Below, piece after piece: positions 32,926 through 43,866 of a stretch of DNA of 64,000 bases. This DNA is from Alphaproteobacteria bacterium. GTDB lineage: Bacteria; Pseudomonadota; Alphaproteobacteria; SP197. The stretch lies in assembly GCA_964291265.2 (NCBI GenBank), contig OZ219747.1, forward strand, positions 640,001 through 704,000, given 5' to 3'. Each line of letters starts with the position of its first letter. Position 1 is the stretch's first letter. The position numbers and the translations under genes were made by a program. The notes under the pieces were generated by a model. That model saw only the letters and a list, made by a program, of their open reading frames with translations. It did not search any database and was not told where the DNA came from.

Positions 32926-33522
32926 TCACGACTGATCGTCCGCCGGCGCCTTCGCGACACCCACCATGGCCGGCCGAAGCAGGCGATCGTGAATCGTGTA
33001 ACCGACCCGCATCACCTGCATGACGTGCCCTGGCGCGACATCGGCGCTCTCCACCTCGTACATCGCCTGATGAAGGTTGGGATCGAAGGGCGCACCCATG
33101 GCCTCGACCGGGCGAATCCCGTGCCGTTCGAGAATGCTGGCGAATTCCTTGAGGGTCATCTCGACGCCCTCGATGAACCCCTTGTTCGCGTCATCCGCCC
33201 GCGCTTCGTCGGTGACGTACTCCAGGGCCCGCGCCAGGTTGTCGGCCACCGCCAGCACATCGCCGGACAACTGCCGCGTGGCGAACTTCCTGGCGTCGTC
33301 GACGTCCTTCAGGGACCGCTTCCTGATGTTCTCCGTCTCGGCCGCGGCCCGCAGCAGGCGGTCCTTCAGGTCCGCCACCTCATCCTCAAGCCCGGCGATC
33401 CGCGTTTCCTGGTCGTCGACCTCCGCATCTGCGGCGGCCTCGTCTGTCTCCGCTGCTCCGGCGTCAACGTCGTCATCGCACTCTGCGCGCTGTTCGGTTC
33501 GGGTTTCGGGCGTGGTTGTCAT
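32926..33522 (-). CDS. grpE: nucleotide exchange factor GrpE
   Basis: LRAAAETENIRKR, VADNLARAL, FDPNLHQA, GYTIHDRLLRPAMVGV. Confidence 0.96.
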   Translation of the reverse strand: MTTTPETRTEQRAECDDDVDAGAAETDEAAADAEVDDQETRIAGLEDEVADLKDRLLRAAAETENIRKRSLKDVDDARKFATRQLSGDVLAVADNLARALEYVTDEARADDANKGFIEGVEMTLKEFASILERHGIRPVEAMGAPFDPNLHQAMYEVESADVAPGHVMQVMRVGYTIHDRLLRPAMVGVAKAPADDQS

Positions 33523-33554
33523 GTGTCCTTCCTGTTCGGATATCGGTGCGGTCG

Positions 33555-34598
33555 TCAACCCAGCAGGCGGCCGACGACTCGCGCCGTGTAGTCCACCATG
33601 GGAATGATCCTGGCGTAGTTCATGCGGGTCGGCCCGATGACGCCGAGGGTGCCGATGAAGCGTCGCGACTCGTCGGTGACCGGAGCCACGATGGTTGCAC
33701 AGCCCGACAGGCGAAAGAGATCGTTGTCGGCGCCGATGAAGATGCTGACCCCGTCGGCGTCCTGGGTGAGGTCGATGAGCTGCATCATGTGCCTCGCCTG
33801 GTCGAGCTTGTCGAGCAGGTCGCGGATGCGCTCGAGGTCATCCATGGCCCTGATGTCATCGAGCAGGTTGGCCTGCCCGCGCACGATCAGCATGGCGCGG
33901 TCATCGTCGGCCCGGTTCCCCGTCCACGTCGCGATGCCGGCCTCCACCACCCGCCTTGACAGGGTGTCGAGTTCCGCTTCGTGGAGACCGAGTTCGCGGG
34001 TGATCTCGTCCACCGCCTCGGCGAAGGTCCGTCCCGCGAGCCGAGCCGAGAGATAGTTGCCGGCGCGCATCAGGGTCGACGGCGTGACCCCGGGGGGAAG
34101 CTGGATGATGCGATTCTCCACCATGCCGTTCTCGTGGACGATGATGACGAGGGCCCGGTCGGCGGACAGGGACACGAACTCGATGTGGCGGTAAGGCGCG
34201 TCCATCTTCGGCGCCACGACAACGCCGGCATGACGCGTGAGATCCGAAAGCAGGTTGGTCGCCGCCTCGAGAACCTCCTCACAGGTGCGGCCCGCGTCCT
34301 GACACGCCGCAACGATGGCCGCGCGGTCGTCTCCGGAGGGGTCCCCGACCTCCAGCAGAGCCTCGACGAAGAGTCTGAGCCCGAGATCCGTTGGCTGGCG
34401 TCCGGCGCTCGCGTGGGGAGCGGCGATGAGCCCGGCGTCCTCGAGGTCCGACATGATGTTGCGCACGGACGTGGCCGACAGCGTGCTCGGGAACTTTCGG
34501 GCGATCGAACGCGAGCCGACAGGCTGTCCCGTGCGGACAAACTCGTCCACCAGGATGCTGAGGATCTTGCGTGACCGGCTGTCGAGTTCCTGAATCAC
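33555..34598 (-). CDS. hrcA: heat-inducible transcription repressor HrcA
   Basis: GTG start; GQPVGSRS, SATSVRNIMSDLE, PHASAGRQPT, GVIGPTRMNY. Confidence 0.94.
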   Translation of the reverse strand: MIQELDSRSRKILSILVDEFVRTGQPVGSRSIARKFPSTLSATSVRNIMSDLEDAGLIAAPHASAGRQPTDLGLRLFVEALLEVGDPSGDDRAAIVAACQDAGRTCEEVLEAATNLLSDLTRHAGVVVAPKMDAPYRHIEFVSLSADRALVIIVHENGMVENRIIQLPPGVTPSTLMRAGNYLSARLAGRTFAEAVDEITRELGLHEAELDTLSRRVVEAGIATWTGNRADDDRAMLIVRGQANLLDDIRAMDDLERIRDLLDKLDQARHMMQLIDLTQDADGVSIFIGADNDLFRLSGCATIVAPVTDESRRFIGTLGVIGPTRMNYARIIPMVDYTARVVGRLLG

Positions 34599-34671
34599 TA
34601 TGGCCCGCCATGGGTGAAGAATGCCGTTGCCGCCCTGGACGGCCGGTATGGAGGACGATCCACCGCAATCC

Positions 34672-34700
34672 ATGTAGGAGCTGATGGCCCTGAATTCAAC
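34672..34700 (-). promoter_or_regulatory. possible RpoH promoter of hrcA-grpE
   Basis: Minus strand GTTG-N18-CCTACAT. Confidence 0.45.
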
Positions 34701-34779
34701 GTGTTCCGCACCCGGGCACGCTTCCCAAGGTCGACCGAAGGTTCTAGTTTGCGGGTCCACAGCATCAACCTGCCATGCC

Positions 34780-35502
34780 ATGACAAGACCATCCGGCCGC
34801 GCCGCCGCCGAACTGCGCACGATTGAACTCCACGCCGGCGCCGCCCGAAACGCGGAAGGTTCCTGCATGGTGCGTTTCGGCCACACCCGGGTGCTGTGCA
34901 CCGCCTCTCTCGAAGGCCGCGTTCCGCTGTGGATGAGAGGACAGGGACGGGGCTGGGTCACCGCCGAGTACGGCATGCTGCCGCGCTCGACCCACTCCCG
35001 CACCATGCGCGAGGCGTCACGGGGCCGGCAGTCCGGCCGTACCCTCGAGATCCAGCGCCTCATCGGCCGCAGTCTGAGGGCCGTGATCGATCCCGCCAGG
35101 CTCGGCGAACGCCAGTTCATCGTCGACTGCGACGTCATCGAGGCCGATGGCGGTACCCGCACGGCGGCCATCACCGGAGCGTACGTGGCGCTCCGCCAGG
35201 CCATTGATGCCGTCCTTCCCGCCCACGGGCGGGAAGGACGGCCGGTGACCGGCATGGTGGCGGCCGTCTCGTGCGGAATCGTTGCCGGTGAAGCGGTTCT
35301 CGATCTCGACTACGAAGAGGACTCCACGGCCGAGGCCGACGCCAACTTCGTGATGACGGACACGGGCGCCATCATCGAGATTCAGACGACAGCCGAGAGG
35401 AAGGCCTTCTCCCGCGACCAGTTCGACCAGCTCTTCGATCTCGCGCGGGACGGTATCGAGCGCATCGTCGGACTGCAGCGCTCGGCCTTGGGAACGGACT
35501 GA
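34780..35502 (+). CDS. rph: ribonuclease PH
   Basis: [52 protein letters not shown]. Confidence 0.97.
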   Translation: MTRPSGRAAAELRTIELHAGAARNAEGSCMVRFGHTRVLCTASLEGRVPLWMRGQGRGWVTAEYGMLPRSTHSRTMREASRGRQSGRTLEIQRLIGRSLRAVIDPARLGERQFIVDCDVIEADGGTRTAAITGAYVALRQAIDAVLPAHGREGRPVTGMVAAVSCGIVAGEAVLDLDYEEDSTAEADANFVMTDTGAIIEIQTTAERKAFSRDQFDQLFDLARDGIERIVGLQRSALGTD

Positions 35503-36086
35503 TGGCCTTGCCGCGGCATCTCGTCATTGCCAGCCACAATGACGGCAAGGTGGCGGAGATTGCCGATCTCCTGCACGACCATGATGTCCGCGCCACAGGC
35601 GCCGGAGAGCTCGGACTCGCCGTCCCGGAGGAAACCGGAGAGACCTTTGCGGCCAATGCACTGCTGAAGGCCACCAGCGCCACGCAGGCCACGGGGCTGC
35701 CGGCGCTGGCTGACGATTCCGGCCTCGCAGTCGCCGCTCTCGATGGTGCGCCGGGTATTCATTCCGCCCGCTGGGCGGGGAAAGCCCGCGACTTTGCCGC
35801 CGCCATGGCCCGCCTCGAGAGCGCCCTTGCCGATGTGTCGGCCCCCGATGCCGCCTTCCACTGTGTCCTGGCCCTTGCCTGGCCGGACGGAACGAGCCGG
35901 ATCGTCTCCGGCGCGGTCGAAGGCACGCTCACCTTTCCACCGAGGGGAACGAACGGCTTCGGCTATGATCCCGTCTTCGTGCCCGCCGGCGATGTCCTGA
36001 CCTATGGAGAGATGTCAAGGACCGGGAAGATGGCCACCGACCATCGCGCCCGGGCCTTCCGCGCACTCCTGGTGGCCCTGGCGTGA
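35502..36086 (+). CDS. rdgB: dITP/XTP pyrophosphatase
   Basis: ASHNDGKVAE, EETGETFAANALLKA, ADDSGL, APGIHSARW, GFGYDPVF. Confidence 0.95.
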   Translation: MALPRHLVIASHNDGKVAEIADLLHDHDVRATGAGELGLAVPEETGETFAANALLKATSATQATGLPALADDSGLAVAALDGAPGIHSARWAGKARDFAAAMARLESALADVSAPDAAFHCVLALAWPDGTSRIVSGAVEGTLTFPPRGTNGFGYDPVFVPAGDVLTYGEMSRTGKMATDHRARAFRALLVALA

Positions 36087-37330
36087 TGACCGCCCCTGGA
36101 TTCGGGGTCTATGTTCACTGGCCCTTCTGCCGGTCGAAGTGCCCCTACTGCGACTTCAACAGCCATGTCCGCACGACGATCGACGAGGCGTCATGGCGCC
36201 GTGCGCTCACCCGTGAAGTGGCCTACATGGCCTCCCTTGCGCCTCGGCGCGAGGTCACGAGCATCTTCTTTGGCGGCGGAACACCGTCACTGATGGCGCC
36301 GGCGACGGTCGAGGCGGTCCTCTGCGCCATCGCCGGTCACTGGACTGCCGGAGCGGATGTGGAGGTCACTCTCGAGGCAAACCCGGGATCATCCGAGGCC
36401 CGCCGTCTTGCCTGCTACCGCAGCGCCGGCATCAACCGTCTCTCGCTCGGTGTCCAGTCTCTCGACGATCCTTCCCTGAAGGCGCTCGGCCGGCGCCATG
36501 ATGCTGGCGATGCACGCGCCGCCATCACGGCCGGACGGCAGATCTTCGAACGCCTCTCCTTCGATCTCATCTATGGCCGCAGCGGCCAGACCATCGACGC
36601 CTGGCGCGACGAACTGGCAAGGGCGCTCACTCTGGGCGCCGATCATCTGTCGCTCTACGAGCTCACCATCGAGCCCGGCACCCGGTTTGCGACACTGGCA
36701 GGGCGCGGTGACCTCATCCTGCCCCCTGCCGATGCGCGGGCCGACATGCGCGACATCACCGAGGAGCTCACCTCGAGGGCAGGTTTGCCGGCCTACGAGA
36801 TTTCCAACCACGCGCGACCGGGAGAGGAATGCCGGCACAATCTCGTCTACTGGCGTTCCGGTGAATGGATCGGTGTCGGCCCCGGGGCCTGCGGCCGCCT
36901 CGACGCCGCACCCGGGGTGAGCATCGAGCGGCGCCAGCAACGACGCCCGGAGACCTGGCTTTCTCTCGTCCACCAGCATGGTCATGCAATCCGTGACGAA
37001 GAGATGGTGGAAGGCAGGGAGCGTCTGCGGGAAGTGCTCATGATGGGGCTGCGCCTCACCGCCGGACTCGACAGCGGTGACCTCGCCCGGGCTGCCGGTC
37101 CGGACTGGTCCGACCGTCTCGATGCATCGGCCCTTCGCACCCTCGTCGGCGCCGGCTTCCTCCACCGCCGCAACAACGGTCTCGTAGCCACATCCCGCGG
37201 TCGCAATGTCCTCAACGCCGTCCTGGAAAGGCTGCTGCAGGTTCCGGATCAGGCGGTCAGGCGCCAGGATTCGCGGGCGGTGCGAAGGCCGCGGGAGCAG
37301 GGTCCTCGACGACAGGTCCGGCCGGCGTGA
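36086..37330 (+). CDS. hemW: radical SAM heme chaperone HemW
   Basis: YVHWPFCRSKCPYCDFNS, FGGGTPS, YEISNHA, HNLVYW; conserved rph-rdgB-hemW order. Confidence 0.92.
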   Translation: MTAPGFGVYVHWPFCRSKCPYCDFNSHVRTTIDEASWRRALTREVAYMASLAPRREVTSIFFGGGTPSLMAPATVEAVLCAIAGHWTAGADVEVTLEANPGSSEARRLACYRSAGINRLSLGVQSLDDPSLKALGRRHDAGDARAAITAGRQIFERLSFDLIYGRSGQTIDAWRDELARALTLGADHLSLYELTIEPGTRFATLAGRGDLILPPADARADMRDITEELTSRAGLPAYEISNHARPGEECRHNLVYWRSGEWIGVGPGACGRLDAAPGVSIERRQQRRPETWLSLVHQHGHAIRDEEMVEGRERLREVLMMGLRLTAGLDSGDLARAAGPDWSDRLDASALRTLVGAGFLHRRNNGLVATSRGRNVLNAVLERLLQVPDQAVRRQDSRAVRRPREQGPRRQVRPA

Positions 37331-38525
37331 TGCGCATGACGGCGAGCTGTCTTTCGGCGCGGCCGTCGCCGAGGAAGCGGAAGAGCCCGTCAATCCCGCC
37401 AAATCCCCTCCAGTCCGTGATCTCGCGTTGCCGCGGGCCCGAGAGGACGGCTGAAACCAGCGCCATGGCGTCATAGGCGGGTGTGACTCGATCACCCGGA
37501 TCGTAACCGAATGCGTCACGAAAGCGGCTCAGCATGGCGCTGCGTCCGGCATCGGGCGGCACGGCGAACCACGCGCCGTTCATGACTGGTTCGCGAAACA
37601 GCGCCGGATCATCGAGGGAATCGAGGCCGAACAGCTGGACATCGCCGGCGCGAAAGTCGTGATGACCCATCCAGGCCGCGATTCTCTGCAGGAGCGGACC
37701 GGAAGCGGGAAGGAACACGGCGTCGAAGGCACGCCGGTTTGCGGAACCGAGCAGCCTGTCGATGGCCGCGTCCGCGGCAAGGCTCCCCCGATCCTGCAAC
37801 ACGGCGACGGCACGCTCCGTGTCGCCGGGGAGAACGGGAGTGGAGGCCAGGGCGGCCACGGCGGCGTCGATGTCGTTGCCGGCAGGATCATGAAACATCT
37901 CGGCGGTGACGAGTCCGCCTGCCTCGGCGACGGCCGCACGCAGGAGTCGGGCCATGCGCTCGCCGAAGGGAGATCGTGGCGCCAGCAGGGCAAAGCGCAC
38001 GTGGCCGGTCGCCACGGCATGGTTGACAAGGCGCCCTACCTGGTGGTCCGGAGCGTGGCCCATGGCCAGAATGCCGGCGCCGGCGGGATCGGGTGAAAGG
38101 ACAAGGACATGCCGTTGTGCTCCGGCGAGTGTCGCTGCGGCCTCGTCAACGGACCGGGCAAGCACGGGTCCGATCACCGCATCGACATCGGCGGAGACGA
38201 CCTGCCGCGCCGCCGTCGCCGCTCCGCGGGCGGTATCCGAGACGACGAGTTCGATGTCGTCGCGACCGATGTCGAAGAGCGCCAGGGTGGCCGCATCAAG
38301 AAGGCCGCGGCCCAGCCCGCCGTGCTCCCCTGAGAGCGGCGCCAGGAATCCGACCCTGGCGCCGGCCGTGTCCGACGGGATGACGGAGTCGTGCTCATCC
38401 GGTTCAACGGCCGTCCCCGACGCCTCGTGGACAATCCGGGCCTCGCTGACGACGGCAGCATTCTCCTGCACGGCCTGGCAGGCCGCCAGAATCACCGCGG
38501 CAAGAATGAAGAACGCTCGGGTCAT
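37257..38525 (-). CDS. penicillin-binding protein activator (LpoA/LppC-like) lipoprotein
   Basis: LAAC lipobox, VGFLAPLSG, IGPV, AYDAMAL, GFGGIDGLFRF; usual position after hemW. Confidence 0.8.
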   Translation of the reverse strand: MTRAFFILAAVILAACQAVQENAAVVSEARIVHEASGTAVEPDEHDSVIPSDTAGARVGFLAPLSGEHGGLGRGLLDAATLALFDIGRDDIELVVSDTARGAATAARQVVSADVDAVIGPVLARSVDEAAATLAGAQRHVLVLSPDPAGAGILAMGHAPDHQVGRLVNHAVATGHVRFALLAPRSPFGERMARLLRAAVAEAGGLVTAEMFHDPAGNDIDAAVAALASTPVLPGDTERAVAVLQDRGSLAADAAIDRLLGSANRRAFDAVFLPASGPLLQRIAAWMGHHDFRAGDVQLFGLDSLDDPALFREPVMNGAWFAVPPDAGRSAMLSRFRDAFGYDPGDRVTPAYDAMALVSAVLSGPRQREITDWRGFGGIDGLFRFLGDGRAERQLAVMRITPAGPVVEDPAPAAFAPPANPGA

Positions 38526-38594
38526 CGCGAACGATCATGCGCCGCGACGCCGGCGAGGTCCACCCGAGCTTGAACCGAACCGCATGATGCGCGC

Positions 38595-39203
38595 ATGATG
38601 GGGCATTCATCCGTCCGAGGGGTCATGCCCGCGCTTCTCGTTCTCCTCATCGTCGCTCCGCTGCTTGGAGGATGTGTCGGACTCGCCGTGGGGGCCGTGG
38701 CCACGAGCGGCATGTCGATCGTCGAGGAACGCAGCCTTGGCGAGCAGGTCGATGACCTGGCGATCACCTTTGACATCTCGCAGCGAATCAAACGGTTCAA
38801 CGAGACCAACGGGAATGCGCTCGCGGGTGTCTTCCTCGACGTGACCGAAGGACGCGTCCTGCTCACCGGGAACGTCGCCGAAGCACGCCTGCGCATCGAG
38901 GCCGTACAGCTCGCCTGGCAGGCCAAGGGGGTCGTCGAGGTGAGGAACGAGATCGATGTCGACGAGGAGAATGCCGGAGGCACATCCCTCGCGGACATCG
39001 CCATCTCCAACGAGTTGCGCGCCTTGCTGCTGTTCGACTCCGATGTCTCCAAGATCAACTTCAACGTGGAGACCGTCGATCGCGTTGTCTACATCACGGG
39101 GATCGCACGGGATGACGCGGAACTCGAACGCGTGCTCAACCATGCGCGCACGATATCCGGCGTCGAAGAGGTGGTGAGCTACGTCCGCGTCCTGGACGGC
39201 TGA
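38595..39203 (+). CDS. double-BON-domain lipoprotein (YraP/DolP-like)
   Basis: LLGGC lipobox, [32 protein letters not shown]. Confidence 0.85.
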   Translation: MMGHSSVRGVMPALLVLLIVAPLLGGCVGLAVGAVATSGMSIVEERSLGEQVDDLAITFDISQRIKRFNETNGNALAGVFLDVTEGRVLLTGNVAEARLRIEAVQLAWQAKGVVEVRNEIDVDEENAGGTSLADIAISNELRALLLFDSDVSKINFNVETVDRVVYITGIARDDAELERVLNHARTISGVEEVVSYVRVLDG

Positions 39204-39214
39204 GCCTCGATTCC

Positions 39215-40168
39215 ATGCCACTGTGCGTTGCCTTCCAGATGGATCCGGTCGAATCCGTCGATATCGATGCGGACACCACCTTCGTTCTCGCTCTCGAGGC
39301 TCAGGAGCGCGGCCATGAGCTGTGGGTCTACCAGCCGGACGATCTGGTGTTTCGCGACGGCGCCGTCCTTGCCCGCTGCCGGCCGATGACCCTGAGACGC
39401 AGGAAGGGAGACCATGTCGGCCTCGACGAGCCTCGCTGGCTGGATCTGTCGACGGTCGACGTGGTGCTCATGCGCCAGGATCCGCCGTTCGACATGGCCT
39501 ACATCACCGCGACCCACCTTCTCGAAAGGCTCCGCCCCTCCACCCTGGTCGTCAACGACCCGGCCGGGGTGAGGAATGCCCCCGAGAAACTCTTCGCGAC
39601 GGAGTTTCCGGGCATCACGCCGCCAACCCTGATCACCCGTTGTCTGGAGGCGATGAGGGCGTTTCGCGACGAGCATCGCGACATCATCGTCAAGCCGCTC
39701 TACGGCAACGGTGGCGCCGGCGTCTTCCACATCCCGCCCGGAGACGAGAACCTCGCCTCCCTCCACGAGATGCTCACCGGCGTCTCGCGGGAGCCATTGA
39801 TGGTCCAGGCCTACCTGCCGGAGGTCCGTCAGGGGGACAGGCGGATCATTCTCATCGATGGCGAGGCGGCCGGTGTCGTCAATCGCGTGCCGCCTGCAGG
39901 CGAGGCGCGCTCCAACATGCATGTCGGGGGCCGGCCCGAGCGGGCGACCATGACCCCCCGCGACCGCGAGATCTGCCGCGTCATCGGACCGGAACTGGTG
40001 CGCCGTGGCATGATTCTCGTCGGCATCGACGTCATCGGCGACTGGCTGACGGAAATCAACGTGACCTCGCCCACGGGAATCCAGGAGATCAACCGTTTCG
40101 ACGGCAGAAGACTGGAATCCAGGGTCTGGGACGCGATCGAGAAACGTTGCACGGGCCGGCGGGCCTGA
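39215..40168 (+). CDS. gshB: glutathione synthetase
   Basis: [48 protein letters not shown]. Confidence 0.97.
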   Translation: MPLCVAFQMDPVESVDIDADTTFVLALEAQERGHELWVYQPDDLVFRDGAVLARCRPMTLRRRKGDHVGLDEPRWLDLSTVDVVLMRQDPPFDMAYITATHLLERLRPSTLVVNDPAGVRNAPEKLFATEFPGITPPTLITRCLEAMRAFRDEHRDIIVKPLYGNGGAGVFHIPPGDENLASLHEMLTGVSREPLMVQAYLPEVRQGDRRIILIDGEAAGVVNRVPPAGEARSNMHVGGRPERATMTPRDREICRVIGPELVRRGMILVGIDVIGDWLTEINVTSPTGIQEINRFDGRRLESRVWDAIEKRCTGRRA

Positions 40169-40177
40169 CCCGGGCGG

Positions 40178-40903
40178 TCAGCCGCGCAGGGCGTCGATGG
40201 CGTCGAGGCCGACGATGCGGCCGCGGAACTCCGCCATGGCATCGACGAGACACCCCCACAGGTAGACTGCCGAAGCGCTGTCGAAGATCAGGTCATAGGC
40301 CGGCGCCGCACCCCGGTCGTTGCGCAGGACAATGACGTTCATGCGTGCCACGCTGGTCTGCGCGATGGCGTGGTCTGCGAAGCGATGGCCTCGAAGGTCG
40401 ACACCGCACACCTTCGCCATCATCGCCGCGCTCTCGTGTCCGGTGACGACAAGCCGGGCACTGGCGTCGGCGCGCGGCACCGGGAAGCAGACGGCATCGT
40501 CCATGGACCAGGCCCCTGCGAGACGACCGATCAGTGTTGCCTCATCGTCATCGGCGAGCAGCAGGAGTTCTCCCGGGGAAAGCCGGCAGGCCAGGGTGCC
40601 GTCCTCCTGCCGCACGGCCCGGTTGGGCTCGGGCAGGGACACTCCCTGGTCCCGGATCCAGTCCGCCATTCCCCAGCCCTTGTATCCGGCCCGCGGCAAT
40701 GCCGTCAGATCGGCCATGGCGAGGCGGGCCACCGCGGCGGTCTCGCCGGACACGTCGCCGTAGTGCCCCGGTGCGCCGAAGCCGTTGACGGCGCGCCAGC
40801 GGGCGCCGGCCTCGCAACAGATCCGGTAGAGATGGGATCGACGCTGGAACGTCTCGGGCCGTGTCGTCAGCCCTTCCCCCGGGGGGCCGTCGGCGGTATT
40901 CAT
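40178..40903 (-). CDS. sarcosine-oxidase gamma-like subunit (probable N-methylglutamate dehydrogenase D)
   Basis: ADLTALPRAGYKG, AKVCGVDLR, AQTSVARM, DSASAVYLWGCLVDAM.EF. Confidence 0.78.
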   Translation of the reverse strand: MNTADGPPGEGLTTRPETFQRRSHLYRICCEAGARWRAVNGFGAPGHYGDVSGETAAVARLAMADLTALPRAGYKGWGMADWIRDQGVSLPEPNRAVRQEDGTLACRLSPGELLLLADDDEATLIGRLAGAWSMDDAVCFPVPRADASARLVVTGHESAAMMAKVCGVDLRGHRFADHAIAQTSVARMNVIVLRNDRGAAPAYDLIFDSASAVYLWGCLVDAMAEFRGRIVGLDAIDALRG

Positions 40904-43866
40904 GGATCTGCGTTTCCTGGTTGCTGACGGGCGTTCTCCGGGTCGTAGAAGGGCAGTGGAACGACCCGGCAGTCGACGAGCCTGTCGGGCGTGATTCTCA
41001 CACGGCGCCCCTCGATGCGCCCGGAGTCGATCCTCACCTGGAAGGTGCTGCCCGGTTCGGCCTGGTCGGGCGCCACGTAGGCGAGTCCGATGACCTTGTC
41101 GAGAGTCGGGGAATAGCTGCACGACGTCACCCTGCCGGTGATGTCACCGTCGCGGATCACCAGGTGGCACTCCCTCGGGATGCCGCCGTCGCGATGGCGT
41201 GATTCGATCTCGAATCCCACCAGCTTGCGTTGAACATTGTCGCGCTGGATATCGATGGATCGCTTGCCGATGAAGAAGGGGCGCTTCCTGGCCAGGGCCC
41301 AGTCCATGTCCGCTTCCAGGGGGTTGGTGAGGCCGTCGGTGTCCTGGCTGACGATGATGTGACCCTTCTCGAGACGCAGGAGTCTCTGGCATTCCACACC
41401 GAAGGGTCTGATGTCGTGATCCTTGCCGGCCTCCATCAGTGCATCCCACAGGGCCTCGCCCGAGTGTGCCGGACAATGGATCTCGTACCCCAGTTCACCG
41501 ACGAAACCGACCCTGAGGAGGCGGCAGGGAATGCCGGCGACATGCGCCTGCCTGACGGCCATGTAGGGGAAGGACTCGCCATCGAGTTTCTCGTCGGTGA
41601 GGCTTGTGAGCACGGCGCGCGACCGCGGTCCGGCGATGTTGACGCCGCTGAGCGCGCCCGTGACGTTGGTGATGTCCACCCTGAGACGCCACTGCGCATT
41701 CCAGAACAGCATCCCTTGGTAGACGCCATCGACGCCGGACGTGGTGGCCGTGACGTAGTAGTGGTTCTCATGCAACCTGCAGGCGACTCCGTCATCGGTG
41801 ATGACACCGGTCATGTCGGTCATCAGCGTGTAGCGGGCGCGCCCCACCAGCTGCTTCCTGTAGGCCCAGGTATACATGCGTTCCATCATGTCCGCGGCGT
41901 CCGGGCCGCGGATGTCGAGCCCGCCCAGGGTCGACACGTCGATCAGACCGACCTTGCCCCGGACATGGCGCGATTCGGCCTCGATGACGGCGTCGCGATC
42001 ATCGCCGCCATAGTGTTCCGGACGGTACCAGGCGCCGGCCTGCATCATGCGGGCGCCGGCCTCGACATGACGCCAGTGCATGGCGGTGAGGCGGCAGGGC
42101 TCGAAACTGCGGCCGGCGAGGACGCCCAGCTTTTCGGCCGTGCAGGGCGGCCTCTGTGTCGTCATTCCGGCCTCGTTGACACCGATGCCGTTCTCCCGGG
42201 CGTTGAGGCGTATGGCGTTGAGCCAGGAGTGCCGGCCCTGGCTGGGACCCATGCCGCAGGTCGAGAAGCGCTTCATCAGCTCGATGTGGGTGTAGCCCTG
42301 CGAGACCGCGTCCCTGAGATCATGGACCTGCAGGTCCTCGTCGAAATCGACGAAATCGCGTCCCCTGGGATGTTCGAACATGGGCCAGGGATGATTCTGC
42401 CCCGTGTCGCCGCGGTCATTGCGCACCGCCGGCATCGCCGTGCCGTTGAAACCGGCGTCGCGGGCGGCCAGCCAGCCGGCGCGTCGACCCTCCTCGATCA
42501 CCGTGTCGATGCGGAAACACCCGGCCACCGAGCCCGCCGCGTGCATGCCGACGGGAAGCTCGCCGATCTCGAGCATCGACGTCCTCTCGTTGTAGGGCGT
42601 ACGGCCGCCGGCGTGCCAGACGAGGCTGGCGGCAGGTTGCCAGCCAACCGAGGTCACGATGGTATCGCAGTCATGAATGTCATGGCGCGCGGCTGTCGTG
42701 CCGGGTCCGGTGATCTCCGCCATGTGCGCCGCCTCGATGGTGTCCTTCCATCGGCCGGACTCTGCCGCCACCACGGTCGACCGCGGCGTGATCGGCACCC
42801 CGTGATCGGCCACCGCCGCCGCCAGGTCATGCCGCGGCACGGCAGGTCCGAGTTCGGCCACCGCGGCAACGTCGACTCCGGCGCCGATAAGATCGAGCGC
42901 GGCGGCATAGCCATCGGCGTTGGCGGTGGCGATGACCGCCCGTCCGCCGGGCCTGACACCATACCGGTTGACCAGGCGCTGGGCCGCCGAACCGTACATC
43001 ACCCCGGGAAGATCGTTGTTGCGGAACACCAGGGGCTGTTCCCAGGATCCGGTGGCCACGACCACGGACCCGGCCCGCACCTTGAACATGCGATTGCCCT
43101 GGATGACGGGAACGAAGTGATCCGCGAACCAGCCGTTGGCCACGGCGCCGGTGAGGGTGCGGATGTTGTCGCATTCCTCGACCGCCGCCTCGAGCATCGC
43201 CCGTTCGCGAGCGGCCCGTTCTCCCTCGGCGTCGAATCGCGCGTAGGTCAGGGAGCCGCCCAGGCACGGGTTCTCCTCGACGAGCAGCACCTCGATCGCG
43301 CGGTTGACGGCCGCCGCCTCGAGTGCCGCCGCCATGCCCGCAGGCCCGCCGCCGACAACGACCACGTCGGCCCACAGGTACTGCTTGTCGTAGTAGCCGT
43401 GCGGCGTCGAGGGATTGACCCGGCCGAGACCCGCAAGACGGCGGACCACCGGCTCCCACACCTTCCATGCGCCCTTTGGACGGTAGAACGCCCTGTAGTA
43501 GAAACCCACCGGCAGGAACCGCCCGAGGTGATCGAGAAGACGCGCGCGATCGTTGTCGAGACGGCCGAAGACATTCTGTGCCTCGACCGCCATGCCGTCC
43601 TCGATCAGTCGCGTATCGGCCGCCACATTGGGTTCATCGCCAACCTGCACCAGACTGTTGGCATCGTGACCGGCGGCCGACAGCGTTCCCCGAGGCCGGT
43701 GATACTTGAAGGAACGCGACAGCACCCTGACTCCGGCGGCGGCGAGGGCGCTCGTGATGGTGTCCCCGGCGTATCCCTCGTAACGGCGCCCGTCGAAGGC
43801 GAAGGAGAGCGGCCTCGAGCGGTCGATCAGCAGGCCCGCCGATGCGGGAAGACGCCCGGGGGTCAT
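40900..43866 (-). CDS. sarcosine-oxidase alpha-like subunit (probable N-methylglutamate dehydrogenase C)
   Basis: GDTITSAL, RSFKYHRPRG, GGGPAG, CGMGPSQG, GcvT-like DVSTLG...GFVGELGYEIH...LRLEKGH. Confidence 0.88.
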   Translation of the reverse strand: MTPGRLPASAGLLIDRSRPLSFAFDGRRYEGYAGDTITSALAAAGVRVLSRSFKYHRPRGTLSAAGHDANSLVQVGDEPNVAADTRLIEDGMAVEAQNVFGRLDNDRARLLDHLGRFLPVGFYYRAFYRPKGAWKVWEPVVRRLAGLGRVNPSTPHGYYDKQYLWADVVVVGGGPAGMAAALEAAAVNRAIEVLLVEENPCLGGSLTYARFDAEGERAARERAMLEAAVEECDNIRTLTGAVANGWFADHFVPVIQGNRMFKVRAGSVVVATGSWEQPLVFRNNDLPGVMYGSAAQRLVNRYGVRPGGRAVIATANADGYAAALDLIGAGVDVAAVAELGPAVPRHDLAAAVADHGVPITPRSTVVAAESGRWKDTIEAAHMAEITGPGTTAARHDIHDCDTIVTSVGWQPAASLVWHAGGRTPYNERTSMLEIGELPVGMHAAGSVAGCFRIDTVIEEGRRAGWLAARDAGFNGTAMPAVRNDRGDTGQNHPWPMFEHPRGRDFVDFDEDLQVHDLRDAVSQGYTHIELMKRFSTCGMGPSQGRHSWLNAIRLNARENGIGVNEAGMTTQRPPCTAEKLGVLAGRSFEPCRLTAMHWRHVEAGARMMQAGAWYRPEHYGGDDRDAVIEAESRHVRGKVGLIDVSTLGGLDIRGPDAADMMERMYTWAYRKQLVGRARYTLMTDMTGVITDDGVACRLHENHYYVTATTSGVDGVYQGMLFWNAQWRLRVDITNVTGALSGVNIAGPRSRAVLTSLTDEKLDGESFPYMAVRQAHVAGIPCRLLRVGFVGELGYEIHCPAHSGEALWDALMEAGKDHDIRPFGVECQRLLRLEKGHIIVSQDTDGLTNPLEADMDWALARKRPFFIGKRSIDIQRDNVQRKLVGFEIESRHRDGGIPRECHLVIRDGDITGRVTSCSYSPTLDKVIGLAYVAPDQAEPGSTFQVRIDSGRIEGRRVRITPDRLVDCRVVPLPFYDPENARQQPGNADP

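Noticed and set aside
32760-34780. CIRCE element near hrcA/grpE/dnaK
   Set aside because: No TTAGCACTC-N9-GAGTGCTAA seen; only RpoH-type promoters.
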